A program made the translations under genes and the position numbers. From Candidatus Babeliales bacterium (GTDB lineage Bacteria > Babelota > Babeliae > Babelales > Vermiphilaceae), in assembly GCA_963743635.1 (NCBI GenBank), contig CAVUQO010000003.1, positions 256,001 through 320,000 on the forward strand: a DNA stretch of 64,000 nt. The letters run 5' to 3'. This document shows, piece after piece, positions 10,601-20,055 of this stretch. Within the stretch, counting starts at the first letter, position 1, and each line of letters starts with the position of its first letter. The notes beneath the pieces were generated by a model. That model ran no database searches, had not been told where the DNA came from, and saw nothing but the letters and a program-made list of their open reading frames with translations.

Positions 10601-10995
10601 GTGAAAAAATAGCGCGTATGAATAAGGCCCTTGATGCACTTAAAGAAAATTTCGGGATAGAGCCAGAAAATGCTTTGATGAAGCGTATTATAAGAAATTC
10701 TACCATTCAGTGCTTTGAATTTAGCTTTGATCTCTTTTGGAAGACTCTTAAGGTTTATTTGACTGATGTTGAGAAGGTCATGGTAGATTCGGCTTCAGCT
10801 CGCATTATATTTAGAGAATGTGTTCAGGTTGGACTTATTTCTGAAGAAGAAGCAAAACAGACTATGGATATGCTAGATAACCGCAACCTAACATCTCATA
10901 CGTATCGTGAGGCGGTGGCAGCTTCAATAGCAGAAAAGATTCCTGATTATTATACACTCATGCATACGATTACTAATCGCTTAAAAGTTGATTAG
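10588..10995 (+). CDS. HEPN toxin / nucleotidyltransferase substrate-binding protein (HI0074-like)
   Basis: IQCFEFSFDLFWK and RNLTSHTY (Rx4H) motifs. Confidence 0.88.
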   Translation: MAAMSEKIARMNKALDALKENFGIEPENALMKRIIRNSTIQCFEFSFDLFWKTLKVYLTDVEKVMVDSASARIIFRECVQVGLISEEEAKQTMDMLDNRNLTSHTYREAVAASIAEKIPDYYTLMHTITNRLKVD

Positions 10996-11017
10996 CGTTC
11001 GATCAAAATCCACAAAT

Positions 11018-11046
11018 AAAAAGAGCCCGCGGTAAGCGGGCTCTTT
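11018..11046. terminator. Bidirectional Rho-independent terminator
   Basis: AAAGAGCCCGC-GGTAA-GCGGGCTCTTT between convergent genes. Confidence 0.8.
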
Positions 11047-11072
11047 CATTTAAATCAGTATATTTTTTGAAC

Positions 11073-12080
11073 TTAGAAACGAATACCCATTTGAGCATGC
11101 ACGCCAAGATACCAGCGAGTGAGTTCTGGTAGTGGAACGCCTACGTTATATTCGCAACCGGTGCCGCATGCGCTTCCGAAACGGTTCCAATCAAAGAATG
11201 GTCCGCCTGTAGCGATGAAGTTAACTTTTTCATTGAAGGTTGGAAACCAGGTACAAACGATCTCAACGTGAAGGCCTTGTGTGCGCTTATTGGGCTTGAG
11301 GTTAGTATCACAAAGACCATACTCGAGTGGAAAATAGGAGATGCTGCATGGATTTTTGCATGAATAGTCTGGGCATGTATCTGAACATGTATCTGAACAC
11401 GTATCGTTGCAATCCGTTGAGCATGTGTCTTCGCAATCCATATCAACTTTCAAGCGTGTCCATGCGTCAATACGATAGGTTGCAGTAATGCCAGCCGTAA
11501 AGCATTCGATGACATTTTCATGACAATCAGGGTGCACGTTCCACGTCGCATTAAAACCTACCGGTATGTAAAGATTATTGTATTTATTGGTGAGCGACTC
11601 ATGTTTAAATTCTGTTGAAAGATAATAGAAACCAAGGCCAGTGAAAGGTGTTATGAAATAGTGGTTCTCATGAATGAAAAAGGTGTAACCAAAATCGGTT
11701 TCTGGACGATAATCCTTTATTTGTAAGAAGGTATTTTCAGTATTATTTACGTATCCCGCATTCCACTCACCATCAAATTGTGCGTTGAAGTACCAATGAC
11801 TGGGTCTTGAATGGGTAATATCAAAATGAATACCAGCAAGATAACCTTGCGCATGGGGGAGTTCGCAGCAGTTCGTGATTGGCGCATTACAGCAGTCGAC
11901 GTTGGTGTTGAAATTGTAGCGCGCGAAGTTAAAAAGTGGTCCAACACTGGAGCTCCAGCTTTGCTCTATAAATGCCTTGCTAGCCGCTCCAAGACAATTG
12001 GGTTTATTGATGCTTTTGATCGAAGCCGAATGGCTTGTAGCGATCATGCAAAAAAGTAATAAGTATCTACGCGTATTCAT
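11073..12080 (-). CDS. Cysteine-rich outer-membrane beta-barrel-like protein
   Basis: Signal peptide, alternating aromatic beta-strand pattern, C-terminal MGIRF and a DTCS-repeat insert. Start moved to MNTRR. Confidence 0.65.
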   Translation of the reverse strand: MNTRRYLLLFCMIATSHSASIKSINKPNCLGAASKAFIEQSWSSSVGPLFNFARYNFNTNVDCCNAPITNCCELPHAQGYLAGIHFDITHSRPSHWYFNAQFDGEWNAGYVNNTENTFLQIKDYRPETDFGYTFFIHENHYFITPFTGLGFYYLSTEFKHESLTNKYNNLYIPVGFNATWNVHPDCHENVIECFTAGITATYRIDAWTRLKVDMDCEDTCSTDCNDTCSDTCSDTCPDYSCKNPCSISYFPLEYGLCDTNLKPNKRTQGLHVEIVCTWFPTFNEKVNFIATGGPFFDWNRFGSACGTGCEYNVGVPLPELTRWYLGVHAQMGIRF

Positions 12081-12179
12081 AAGGGTTCCTTTTTTTAGAT
12101 GGTTTGATACATAGATGCATCCTAACATGTGTGAAAAATGGAGCAACAGAAATTCGAAGGCGTCATGCTTTACCCGTTA

Positions 12180-12411
12180 CCCATTCGTGACGCTCTTCGC
12201 CGCGTTTCACTCGGCTCAAAGCCCTCAGGGCGAACGGGCTTAGCAGATTTTTTGTTGCGTGAAGAATCAAAATTATTCGAATTTTTGGATAAGCTCTAAA
12301 ATGAGATATTTTAATAATGCAAGATCGATGTGAGAAAAATAAAAAATAATAAAGAAGAAACTATCATCCCCGTTCGCCCTGAGGACGGAGCGAAGCGAGG
12401 TATCGAATGGG
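12180..12411. repeat. Family I inverted doublet with AT-rich spacer
   Basis: 12180-12238 CCCATTCG...CCTCAGGGCGAACGGG pairs with 12368-12411 CCCGTTCGCCCTGAGG...CGAATGGG. Confidence 0.85.
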
Positions 12412-12452
12412 TGTTTAAGGTTGCAGGAAATTATTTGAGAGGATGCGATAAC

Positions 12453-13328
12453 ATGGCACAACTAACGCGAATATATTGTTGGGTAAATCTTTTTTTTACG
12501 GTGAGTTCGATGAATGCGATTAATGAATTTGAATTATTTAAAGCCCTGGATATTAAAAAGATACAACCCTTTAGCTACGATTTAGGTATCGAAGTAGTTG
12601 CCAATAAACATCCAACAGCGGGTGTTACGATTTGTTGTCATGGCTATGGGAGCAGTAGTCATATCGCTGAGATTGTGGATTCATTTAAGGCCATTCCTGA
12701 TCATTTGGTTGGCTTTAATTTTCCCGATTATGATTTGATGCATCGGCCGTATGATCCGCGTAAAAGTACGTTCGGTTCGATTTATGAATTATTGCCACTC
12801 CTTTATATCATCAAACGCTGTGTCTGCGATGCGGGCCTAACGGAGATCAATCTTTACGGTTTTTCTGCAGGCGGTGCGGCCGTGATTAATACTCTTGCAG
12901 TCCTTAACGAAACAACCTACGATGCGCAGCTTGCTGATATAGGTGTTACCCTTGAGGATAAAAAGCGCATAATCGCTGCAATAGAAAAAGGATTGATCGT
13001 TCTTGATTGTCCGATGAAATCGGTGGAAGAAATTATTGATATGCGTGGAAGGGCAGCGGAATTTATGGCATTAGTCGAACGCTATCGCGCGAATAACATG
13101 CGTCCGATTGACGCGGTTCAGCGATTAAAGGGATTGAAATTACACATTCTGCTGCATTTCCAACAACCGGATGAAATTATTGGCAATCGCGATGACCAAC
13201 TCTTTATTGAGCGCGTGCGCGCTGCAAATAGTGGCACCACGCAGGTAGTGATAGGCAATGAGGGTGGACATAATAGTTATCATGCATCATTGTGGCGTGC
13301 ATATAAGAAGATGCGTGGTAAGAAATGA
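12453..13328 (+). CDS. Alpha/beta hydrolase fold protein
   Basis: CHGYG, GFSAGG nucleophile elbow, D-x-I and GGHN. Start moved past the repeat; SD GAGAGGA. Confidence 0.8.
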   Translation: MAQLTRIYCWVNLFFTVSSMNAINEFELFKALDIKKIQPFSYDLGIEVVANKHPTAGVTICCHGYGSSSHIAEIVDSFKAIPDHLVGFNFPDYDLMHRPYDPRKSTFGSIYELLPLLYIIKRCVCDAGLTEINLYGFSAGGAAVINTLAVLNETTYDAQLADIGVTLEDKKRIIAAIEKGLIVLDCPMKSVEEIIDMRGRAAEFMALVERYRANNMRPIDAVQRLKGLKLHILLHFQQPDEIIGNRDDQLFIERVRAANSGTTQVVIGNEGGHNSYHASLWRAYKKMRGKK

Positions 13329-13336
13329 AAAGAGGA

Positions 13337-14032
13337 CTAAGTAAATTTCTCTAGATCGAGACGCATAGAAGGTTGATCGTCAACACTAAGCTTAATAAAA
13401 CCAAGGCGTTGATAAAAAGGTATTGCCTGGCAAACACTTTCTACATGAAGGTGCGTTATTTTTTCTTCTTTTGCCTGATTAATGAACCGCCGCATGCAGA
13501 GAGTTCCAAGCCCTTGATTGCGCATAGATTCGTGTATATTAAAAGTCAGCACGCTACGGGATCCATTACATGGATCATTGGTATACGCTATTTGCCCAAT
13601 AATATTTCCTTGATATAAGCAATTTTGATCTGCATTTAATGCGCTATAGGAACCCAAAGAAAGCTCATCAGGTCTTATCGTTGATGGGCATGTTGCACGT
13701 GTCGAAGGTTTATCGATATCGATGCTGTAACCTTCGGTAATAAATTGGTTGCGAAAATGCTCCGTCAAATAATCTTCGAGGACTGAATTTGATTTTTTTA
13801 AGGTAATACTAAAGACCATGTCGTCTAGGATTGTAAAGTATCCGATAACAGCCCCTTGATAGTATATTTCTCGCATATATTCGCTTGCTGTTGGTTTGCT
13901 TAAAACCACTTCACTCGGATCAATAGCAATTTGATCAGCTTTACGTTTCTTTGAGTTATCTTGCTCCATCCCATGCGCAATGCTGCTCGCGAGTGCAAAG
14001 AGTACGCATAAAATAGTTTTTAGATTGTTCAT
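13337..14032 (-). CDS. GNAT family acetyltransferase with signal peptide and NLS-like KKRK
   Basis: RNQGLGT and AIPFYQRLGF motifs; leader ...IAHG-MEQDNSKKRKAD. Confidence 0.8.
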   Translation of the reverse strand: MNNLKTILCVLFALASSIAHGMEQDNSKKRKADQIAIDPSEVVLSKPTASEYMREIYYQGAVIGYFTILDDMVFSITLKKSNSVLEDYLTEHFRNQFITEGYSIDIDKPSTRATCPSTIRPDELSLGSYSALNADQNCLYQGNIIGQIAYTNDPCNGSRSVLTFNIHESMRNQGLGTLCMRRFINQAKEEKITHLHVESVCQAIPFYQRLGFIKLSVDDQPSMRLDLEKFT

Positions 14033-14056
14033 CGAATTACTTCCAAATTTGATTTT

Positions 14057-14509
14057 TCACTTATTAAAAATTTTCTTTTGCATGTAAGGGCTGTAGTATG
14101 CAGGTCTCCTAAACCCTAATCTAGTATAAAGACTTTCGGCCCTAGGCATTGAGCTGAGGCTTACCACATTAACCTGATCTTTCTTTGCATCATTTAAGAA
14201 TAGCTTCATGCACAGCGTGCCAATGCCGCATCCCCTCAGATGTGCATGTATTGTGAAATTTTCTATAAAACGTTCTAATCCGTTGTCGTTACGAGAATCT
14301 GAGTACTGTATATAGCCGATAATCTTATCATCTGTGATGATGTCTCGCTTATACTCATAGAGCCCCATATGATCATCGGAGTAGCTTTCTCCCAAACGAC
14401 AGGTTGTATAAGGTTTGGTATTGGCATCAGATGGTGTATTCATTCCATATGATGATACTCCCATAAGGGCACATAAAAGAGCGAAAATAGCTGTTTTTAG
14501 ATTCTTCAT
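14057..14509 (-). CDS. GNAT family acetyltransferase with signal peptide (paralog of 13337-14032)
   Basis: RGCGIGTLCM and LYTRLGF motifs; leader MKNLKT...SYGM. Confidence 0.8.
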   Translation of the reverse strand: MKNLKTAIFALLCALMGVSSYGMNTPSDANTKPYTTCRLGESYSDDHMGLYEYKRDIITDDKIIGYIQYSDSRNDNGLERFIENFTIHAHLRGCGIGTLCMKLFLNDAKKDQVNVVSLSSMPRAESLYTRLGFRRPAYYSPYMQKKIFNK

Positions 14510-14760
14510 AGAAATGTCTCCCCTAATTGGCTTCTAATATTTTCTATTATTACTAATAGAATACCACATTGGGGGTATTTTTGCAACAGGGGCGCTGCAG
14601 GCTTGGGCAGGGGTGATAAAGCTGTAAATAATCTAATTTCTTGGCTATTTTAGGCCAAAATATGCCCAAAATTTGATTCAGGATGAATTTTAAGGCCCTT
14701 GCCTATAAGTTCTGCCTTGAAAGGTATTAGGCAAGGGAGTTAATAGATTAGCTGGAGAGC

Positions 14761-15003
14761 CTACTTTTTGAATATGCGGGACCAAAAGCCGCCTTTATCA
14801 GCCGATAGGCGGCAGGCCCACCAGAGAAGGGCAATGGTGACGAGCCCATTAAAAATGATGCAACCAGTCAGGTAAGCGGGAGTGACTTCTATCGAAAAGA
14901 TAGTTATCGGTAACATGCCCGAAAACATGAACATGATTTGAGCAAGGGTATGAAAAGCTTCAGCGCCAGCGAGGAAGATGATGGTGTCTCGTTTTGAACA
15001 CAT
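14761..15003 (-). CDS. Small membrane protein (paralog of 15509-15709)
   Basis: Shared IIF.AGA.AFHT...FMFSG.LP...ALLWWA pattern and identical upstream AATAAAGGATCACTATG. Confidence 0.75.
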   Translation of the reverse strand: MCSKRDTIIFLAGAEAFHTLAQIMFMFSGMLPITIFSIEVTPAYLTGCIIFNGLVTIALLWWACRLSADKGGFWSRIFKK

Positions 15004-15026
15004 AGTGATCCTTTATTGGTAATAAT

Positions 15027-15428
15027 CTAACACTTAGAATTATAGGAAGATGCAAGGGCGGTAATAATAGTAGTTATTACCGTTACTGCTGTGGCAATAT
15101 AAGCAGTATTTTTCTTGCTAACACGGCTTGTTATTTCTCCATTTTTTTCTTCAATCACATTATTCATGGCTTGTACAAGAAGTTGAGTCATATCTGCTGA
15201 TCCAATTGATTCAATGTCGCCGCCAGCATCACGAATTTGCTTGGCAAGATGAGGAACTAAATTAGGATGAATAGCATGTGATAACGTTTTAGCGCATACT
15301 GCTGCATCTGATAATACTGTTGCACATGCTGCTGCATCATTTTCTAAACTAACAGGAGTGATTTGCTTATTCTGCATTGCGTGAATGCTGGTAACACTGA
15401 ATAATAATAGTAGATATTTACTGTTCAT
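15027..15428 (-). CDS. Hypothetical secreted protein with C-terminal TM helix
   Basis: Signal ending IHA-MQ; hydrophobic C-terminus. Confidence 0.7.
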   Translation of the reverse strand: MNSKYLLLLFSVTSIHAMQNKQITPVSLENDAAACATVLSDAAVCAKTLSHAIHPNLVPHLAKQIRDAGGDIESIGSADMTQLLVQAMNNVIEEKNGEITSRVSKKNTAYIATAVTVITTIITALASSYNSKC

Positions 15429-15508
15429 AGAGCCTCTTTATGGTAACGATATACGATATATTTCGTATGCGCTTGCCGCGCCACTCGCCTCGGCGGCCGG
15501 CGGGGTAT

Positions 15509-15709
15509 TTACAGAGTTGATGCCCACCATATAAGGGCAACAGTACTGAGTGCATTAATGATGACCGCGATCAGATTGAAAAATGGAGTAAAATTTATAC
15601 CCCATACTTTCATTGGTAAGGTGCCAGAAAACATGAAAGCTAGGTGCGTGAAGGTATGAAATGCTTGAGCGCCGGCACAAAAGATAATGATTTCGCGTAG
15701 TGAGTACAT
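15509..15709 (-). CDS. Small membrane protein (paralog of 14761-15003)
   Basis: Same motif and upstream sequence as its paralog. Confidence 0.75.
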   Translation of the reverse strand: MYSLREIIIFCAGAQAFHTFTHLAFMFSGTLPMKVWGINFTPFFNLIAVIINALSTVALIWWASTL

Positions 15710-15734
15710 AGTGATCCTTTATTTTGATAAAGAG

Positions 15735-15765
15735 AAACGGGCAATTCTTGCGAACTGCCCGTTTT
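15735..15765 (-). terminator. Rho-independent terminator
   Basis: AAACGGGCA...TGCCCGTTTT hairpin just downstream of 15780-15989. Confidence 0.6.
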
Positions 15766-15779
15766 GGTTTTACAGAATT

Positions 15780-15989
15780 TTATTTTTTCTTTTTGCGGAG
15801 CATTGGTAAACCAGTACGTTTGTTTTCAAATACTTCGTAACCAGCAGGAAGTTCATCGATTGCAGTTTTCTTGTCAATGTCTCCAGCGAAATAGTAAATT
15901 CTTTGCTTGCGATCGCCAGCAAGTTTCACTTCTTTTGAGTGAAGGTGGTACGTTTTACCACTCTTTTTTGATTTGGTACTGTATGCCAT
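15780..15989 (-). CDS. Small basic conserved hypothetical protein
   Basis: Strong SD AAGGAG; motif GKTYHLH...IYYFA...LPAGYEV.EN.RTGLPMLRKK. Confidence 0.75.
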   Translation of the reverse strand: MAYSTKSKKSGKTYHLHSKEVKLAGDRKQRIYYFAGDIDKKTAIDELPAGYEVFENKRTGLPMLRKKKK

Positions 15990-16165
15990 GGGTGTGAGCT
16001 CCTTTGTAATAGAGTATTGTTAGGGTTTTTTTACCTGGGTATCATCAGAGCAAAATTAGAAGTCACGCGTCAACAAAAAAAAGAAACAAATTGGCAAGAT
16101 ATGTTCATTCCGCTAACCTTTGATCTAAGACTTAAGATTTTTAGATCAAATTTTATGGAGCTTGG

Positions 16166-16375
16166 ATGGTTGATTCATCAAAAAGTTTAGGGACATTACT
16201 CGTCATCATCGGAACCACACTCTTTTTTATCGTATGTGATCTTTTTATTTGGCGATTACTGTTGGCGCTCGGCGCACTCTATCTGGTTGCCTATGGATTA
16301 CGCTTGCGTCTTGGCATACCATTTCCTACGCCTCTTGATATTTGGATGGGCAAATTCTGGAATTCATCTGACTAA
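16166..16375 (+). CDS. Small membrane protein
   Basis: SD GGAG; two hydrophobic helices. Confidence 0.6.
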   Translation: MVDSSKSLGTLLVIIGTTLFFIVCDLFIWRLLLALGALYLVAYGLRLRLGIPFPTPLDIWMGKFWNSSD

Positions 16376-16379
16376 TCCT

Positions 16380-16506
16380 TCCGTTTCGTAGCTCCTTTAG
16401 GAGCGTAGTAGAATCGGCAAACTACGCCGGACGCAGTCGTGACGGCTCCTTCGTCAAGCTCAGGATAAACCGTTCATGGTGAGCATAGTCGAACCACTCA
16501 GGATGA
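16380..16506. repeat. Cluster of nested family I and II palindromic repeat fragments
   Basis: CGTAGCTCCTTTAGGAGCGTAG; CCTTCGTCAAGCTCAGGA (identical to 32211-32228); CCGTTCATGGTGAGCATAGTCGAACC; CTCAGGATGAA. Confidence 0.75.
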
Positions 16507-16628
16507 AATGAATAATTAATAAGATATAGATGAGTGGAACTCATTTTCTTGTTTTTCCGTGATCTTATTCGATATGATCACGTCCAATGCATGGTAAAAA
16601 GCAGATCACTACAAATAAAGGAATTTCT

Positions 16629-17306
16629 ATGGATGAAAATCCGAACAAAAAAAAGTCGCTCTTAGGCGATGCGCTCTTATTCGCCTTTAACGGCATTTTC
16701 GAAAATATTCTCTCGTGGCTTTGGATGTGGCTGAGCTTCTTTGGGTTTGCTCTTTTGGGATTGGTAGGGTTAGTTATCACCTTTGTTGGGCTTAAGATTA
16801 TTATCGGTATGATGGCGCCTGGTTTGGAATCGGTACGAGTTAGTCCCGGATTTTTCATTTTGGGCTATTCACTTGTGTTCATTATCGCCATGACCTACAT
16901 ATTCGGCTTGAGTTTGGCTTTCATGCGCACGCTTATTCAATTTTATGATACGCATGTCGTGAAATTCAGACCGGTATGGAGCGTATTTAAAGTATTTTCT
17001 TTTTTTATTATGAAGATTGTGCTGTGGTTGCTCATTGGGCTTGGTTTGATTGCTTTTATCATTCCGGGTATTCTGGTGTATCTTCGTTCCATGTTTGCCG
17101 TATATTTTCTGGTTGATAAAGATTTGGGGCCCTTTGCCTCAATACAAGCAAGCTGGGATTTGACGCGCGGTAAATACAATCTTCTTCTTGGACTGGCAAT
17201 TATTACCTTCCTGATTGGGTTCATACCGATTATTGGTTGGCTTGGCGCTGGCCTTATAACGGTGTATGCGTATCGCGCGTTGGAAAAAGAATCGCGGTTA
17301 TTATAA
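16629..17306 (+). CDS. Integral membrane protein (DUF975-like)
   Basis: Multiple TM helices; FIIPGI and SIQASWDLTRG motifs. Confidence 0.7.
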   Translation: MDENPNKKKSLLGDALLFAFNGIFENILSWLWMWLSFFGFALLGLVGLVITFVGLKIIIGMMAPGLESVRVSPGFFILGYSLVFIIAMTYIFGLSLAFMRTLIQFYDTHVVKFRPVWSVFKVFSFFIMKIVLWLLIGLGLIAFIIPGILVYLRSMFAVYFLVDKDLGPFASIQASWDLTRGKYNLLLGLAIITFLIGFIPIIGWLGAGLITVYAYRALEKESRLL

Positions 17307-19370
17307 TTCTGTGTCAGATGAACGGCGCTTGCTCTGATAATTGCGCTGGAATTTCTTCACAATCTCATCGTGATTCAGTAACCAACTCGTCGGCCTGCCA
17401 TGAGGGCAAGTGGAGCGGTTTTCGGTTTTAGCAAGATCGGAAAGCAATTTTTGAATTTGTTCAGATGAAAGATCATCACCGGCTTTGACGGCAGCAGCGC
17501 AGGCCATTTTGGCGTGAATCTTTTCTTGGAGTTGTTTTTTTACCATTTCGTGTGATGCAGATTCTTGCTCATGCAGGTTTGCGATCATCTCATCAATCAG
17601 ATCTTTAAATGATGCATTCTTCAGATACACCGGCGTTGCACTGATTATTAATTCGCTCTCGCCTTGGCGTTTAATATGGACTCCATTCTCCGATAATACG
17701 CTCAAGTAGGGCTCAATAAGATCAAGCGTATCTCGCTTGAAGCTCAGTACATGCGGAAACATCAGCGTGATGATTGCCGTATCGGTAAAGCGCGTTCTGA
17801 ACTGTTCATATAAGACGCGTTCATGAGCGGCATGCTGATCAATAAAAAGAATGCCATCGAGCCTGCCCTTCGAATCTTCATGCAAAGTAGGGGTAACAAC
17901 CATGATATATGTTTTATCGTATACGCCGAGCACACTGTGGTGTGTTACTTCTTTGGTAACGGCAGATATTTGTTCGTGAAATACATCAGTCCCCGCATCC
18001 TTCGATACGCCCGTAGGGCTACTCAGGACGAGCGGAGGAGGGAGTTTTTGTTCATCTGTTTCTGATTGAAGAGGAGTTTGAGGAGTGGTTCGATTTCCGT
18101 TCATCCTGAGCGAAGTCGAAGGGTCGCCCTGCCTGTCCGACGTAGCCTCGGCGAAGACGGAAGGGTTTCGATCCGTCAGGATCGAAATGTCTCTAATGGG
18201 TGTATCGGGAGAATCAGGAAACGGATCATTAAATGCACGCTCAGGCGCACCGAAATCATACGGTATAAATGATGGGCTTGGTGTGGTTCGTGCGTAGGAT
18301 GCGGCAGGCTTATGAATCATCTCATGAAAGATATTCATTTCCGGTTGATTAAGGTGTACGCGACTTTTCAGCTGCTTGGACAATCGTGATTCAAGCGCTG
18401 CTTTGACTGCCATTTGCACCAAGTCGTCTACGATACGCGGGTGCAAAAATTGCACTTCTTCTTTGCGCGGATGAATATTGACGTCAATCTGCGCGGGATC
18501 GATAGTGATCATAAGCGAGGCGGTTGGAAATTGTGATGCAGGAATTGCATTGGCATATCCCTTCATGAGTGCGCGCGAAAGTGTATAATTCTTTATCCAG
18601 CGGCCATTTACAAAAAAGTAGAGAGCATTGCGATCGTAACGATACGTCGTATGATCGGAAATCATGCCTTCGATGGTAATGCCTCGTTCTTCAGCTGAGC
18701 AGGGAATCATTGCTTGCGCAAGATTTGCATCCCAAAGTTGGGCAGCGCGTGCGAGATGATCGTTTACGGGAGGGCAGTTGAGCACTTGTTTGCCATCATG
18801 ATAAAGCGTGATATGAATATCGCGTCGCGAAAGGGCAACCGCGTGCACGAGTAATAAGATATGGCGCCATTCAGTATCATCAGTTTTGAGGAATTTTTTG
18901 CGCACAGGAACGTTAAAAAGAATATCGCGAATTGCGAGATCGGTGCCTATTGGTGCTGATGCTTTTTCTTGCGATAAGATGCGTGCTTCGCTCAGTTCAA
19001 TCTTGGTAGCCGATTCGGCATCAGCCGTTTTAGTGATGAGCGTTATGTGGCTCACCGATGCAATGCTTGAAAGTGCCTCGCCGCGGAACCCGAACGTATT
19101 AATCGAATGCAGGTCATGAACGGTGCTGATTTTGCTCGTTGCGTGATGCGCAAAACATGCGCGCGCATCGATCTCATCCATCCCACACCCATCATCGACA
19201 ATGCGAATTAATTTCTTGCCCGCTTTTTCAATGTAGAGCGTAATACGCGCAGCACCAGCATCGAGCGCATTTTCAATAAGCTCTTTGACGACGTTAGCCG
19301 GCCGTTCAATGACTTCGCCAGCGGCGATTTTTTGTGCTTCTTCGGGGGATAGTTGTTTTATGCGGGGCAT
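17301..19370 (-). CDS. mutL: DNA mismatch repair endonuclease MutL (carries in-frame palindromic repeat insertions)
   Basis: IAAGEVIERP, ENALDAGA, GFRGEAL, DVNIHP, DQHAAHER and CPHGRP motifs. Confidence 0.97.
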   Translation of the reverse strand: MPRIKQLSPEEAQKIAAGEVIERPANVVKELIENALDAGAARITLYIEKAGKKLIRIVDDGCGMDEIDARACFAHHATSKISTVHDLHSINTFGFRGEALSSIASVSHITLITKTADAESATKIELSEARILSQEKASAPIGTDLAIRDILFNVPVRKKFLKTDDTEWRHILLLVHAVALSRRDIHITLYHDGKQVLNCPPVNDHLARAAQLWDANLAQAMIPCSAEERGITIEGMISDHTTYRYDRNALYFFVNGRWIKNYTLSRALMKGYANAIPASQFPTASLMITIDPAQIDVNIHPRKEEVQFLHPRIVDDLVQMAVKAALESRLSKQLKSRVHLNQPEMNIFHEMIHKPAASYARTTPSPSFIPYDFGAPERAFNDPFPDSPDTPIRDISILTDRNPSVFAEATSDRQGDPSTSLRMNGNRTTPQTPLQSETDEQKLPPPLVLSSPTGVSKDAGTDVFHEQISAVTKEVTHHSVLGVYDKTYIMVVTPTLHEDSKGRLDGILFIDQHAAHERVLYEQFRTRFTDTAIITLMFPHVLSFKRDTLDLIEPYLSVLSENGVHIKRQGESELIISATPVYLKNASFKDLIDEMIANLHEQESASHEMVKKQLQEKIHAKMACAAAVKAGDDLSSEQIQKLLSDLAKTENRSTCPHGRPTSWLLNHDEIVKKFQRNYQSKRRSSDTEL
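17861..17892. repeat. Family II palindromic repeat in frame in the MutL C-terminal domain
   Basis: GCCTGCCCTTCGAATCTTCATGCAAAGTAGGG resembles the reverse complement of 34524-34553; encodes PTLHEDSKGRL. Confidence 0.7.
17997..18187. repeat. Family I doublet, family II repeat and a hairpin, in frame in the MutL linker
   Basis: 17997-18035 ATCCTTCGATACG...CTCAGGACGAGCGG; 18097-18123 CCGTTCATCCTGAGCGAAGTCGAAGGG; 18131-18160 GCCTGTCCGACGTAGCCTCGGCGAAGACGG; hairpin TTTCGATCCGTCAGGATCGAAA. Confidence 0.85.
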
Positions 19371-19500
19371 GAGAGGGGTACTGTGAAAGTTGAGTAATAA
19401 GACTCGAAAAGTATATCAGATTGTGAAGTATGTGTATAAAAAAGCGAGTATGCCGCGGATTATTTTTTGGCGTTTGCCTATGATGCTTCTTTGTTGTTTT

Positions 19501-19941
19501 TTATTCGGCAGATCTGCATCCACATAGAGCAGAAGACATGCAATGCAATGTGCGTTCGAGAATAGTTGATGGCGATGATACATGAGCAGGTTGCGTTTGT
19601 TCCCTATGGTTGGCAGGAGGAGTTTGCGTAGGTGGTGCTGGAATAATGGTACTCGATAGAGCCGCTCTAATGGTTAAAAATAGTCGGACTGCCGGGTTAT
19701 ATGGAGGCCTAGGAGCATGTGCTGATTCTTCAGAATCCATTTGGGGCTGATAGACCGCAGTATTTTGAATCTTTAGTGCAGAAAGATGAGGTTGATAAAA
19801 AGGATCTTTATGAGCGTATGGCAGTATTTCCCAGCAGCAATCATACTCGCTCGGATCGCATTGGGTGCTATCGCGTATATCATTCACTCCCATCAACGAG
19901 AGTGATGAGCATGCGATAAGTAGAAATAGCATTTTTTTCAT
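19501..19941 (-). CDS. Hypothetical secreted Pro-rich protein
   Basis: MKKMLFLL signal; SD AGGA. Confidence 0.65.
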   Translation of the reverse strand: MKKMLFLLIACSSLSLMGVNDIRDSTQCDPSEYDCCWEILPYAHKDPFYQPHLSALKIQNTAVYQPQMDSEESAHAPRPPYNPAVRLFLTIRAALSSTIIPAPPTQTPPANHREQTQPAHVSSPSTILERTLHCMSSALCGCRSAE

Positions 19942-20055
19942 GGAGTTCCTTATAGTATTTCTTTCTTGAATTGAGCAATAAAACTTCGGCAAGTATACCA
20001 GATCCGAATATTTTTCCATCAAAAAGTTAGTGCGGTTGGTTATGTATAGTGTCGA

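Noticed and set aside
12330..12452. N-terminal extension of the hydrolase as another in-frame repeat insertion
   Set aside because: A better start with an SD lies at 12453, so the repeat is probably intergenic.
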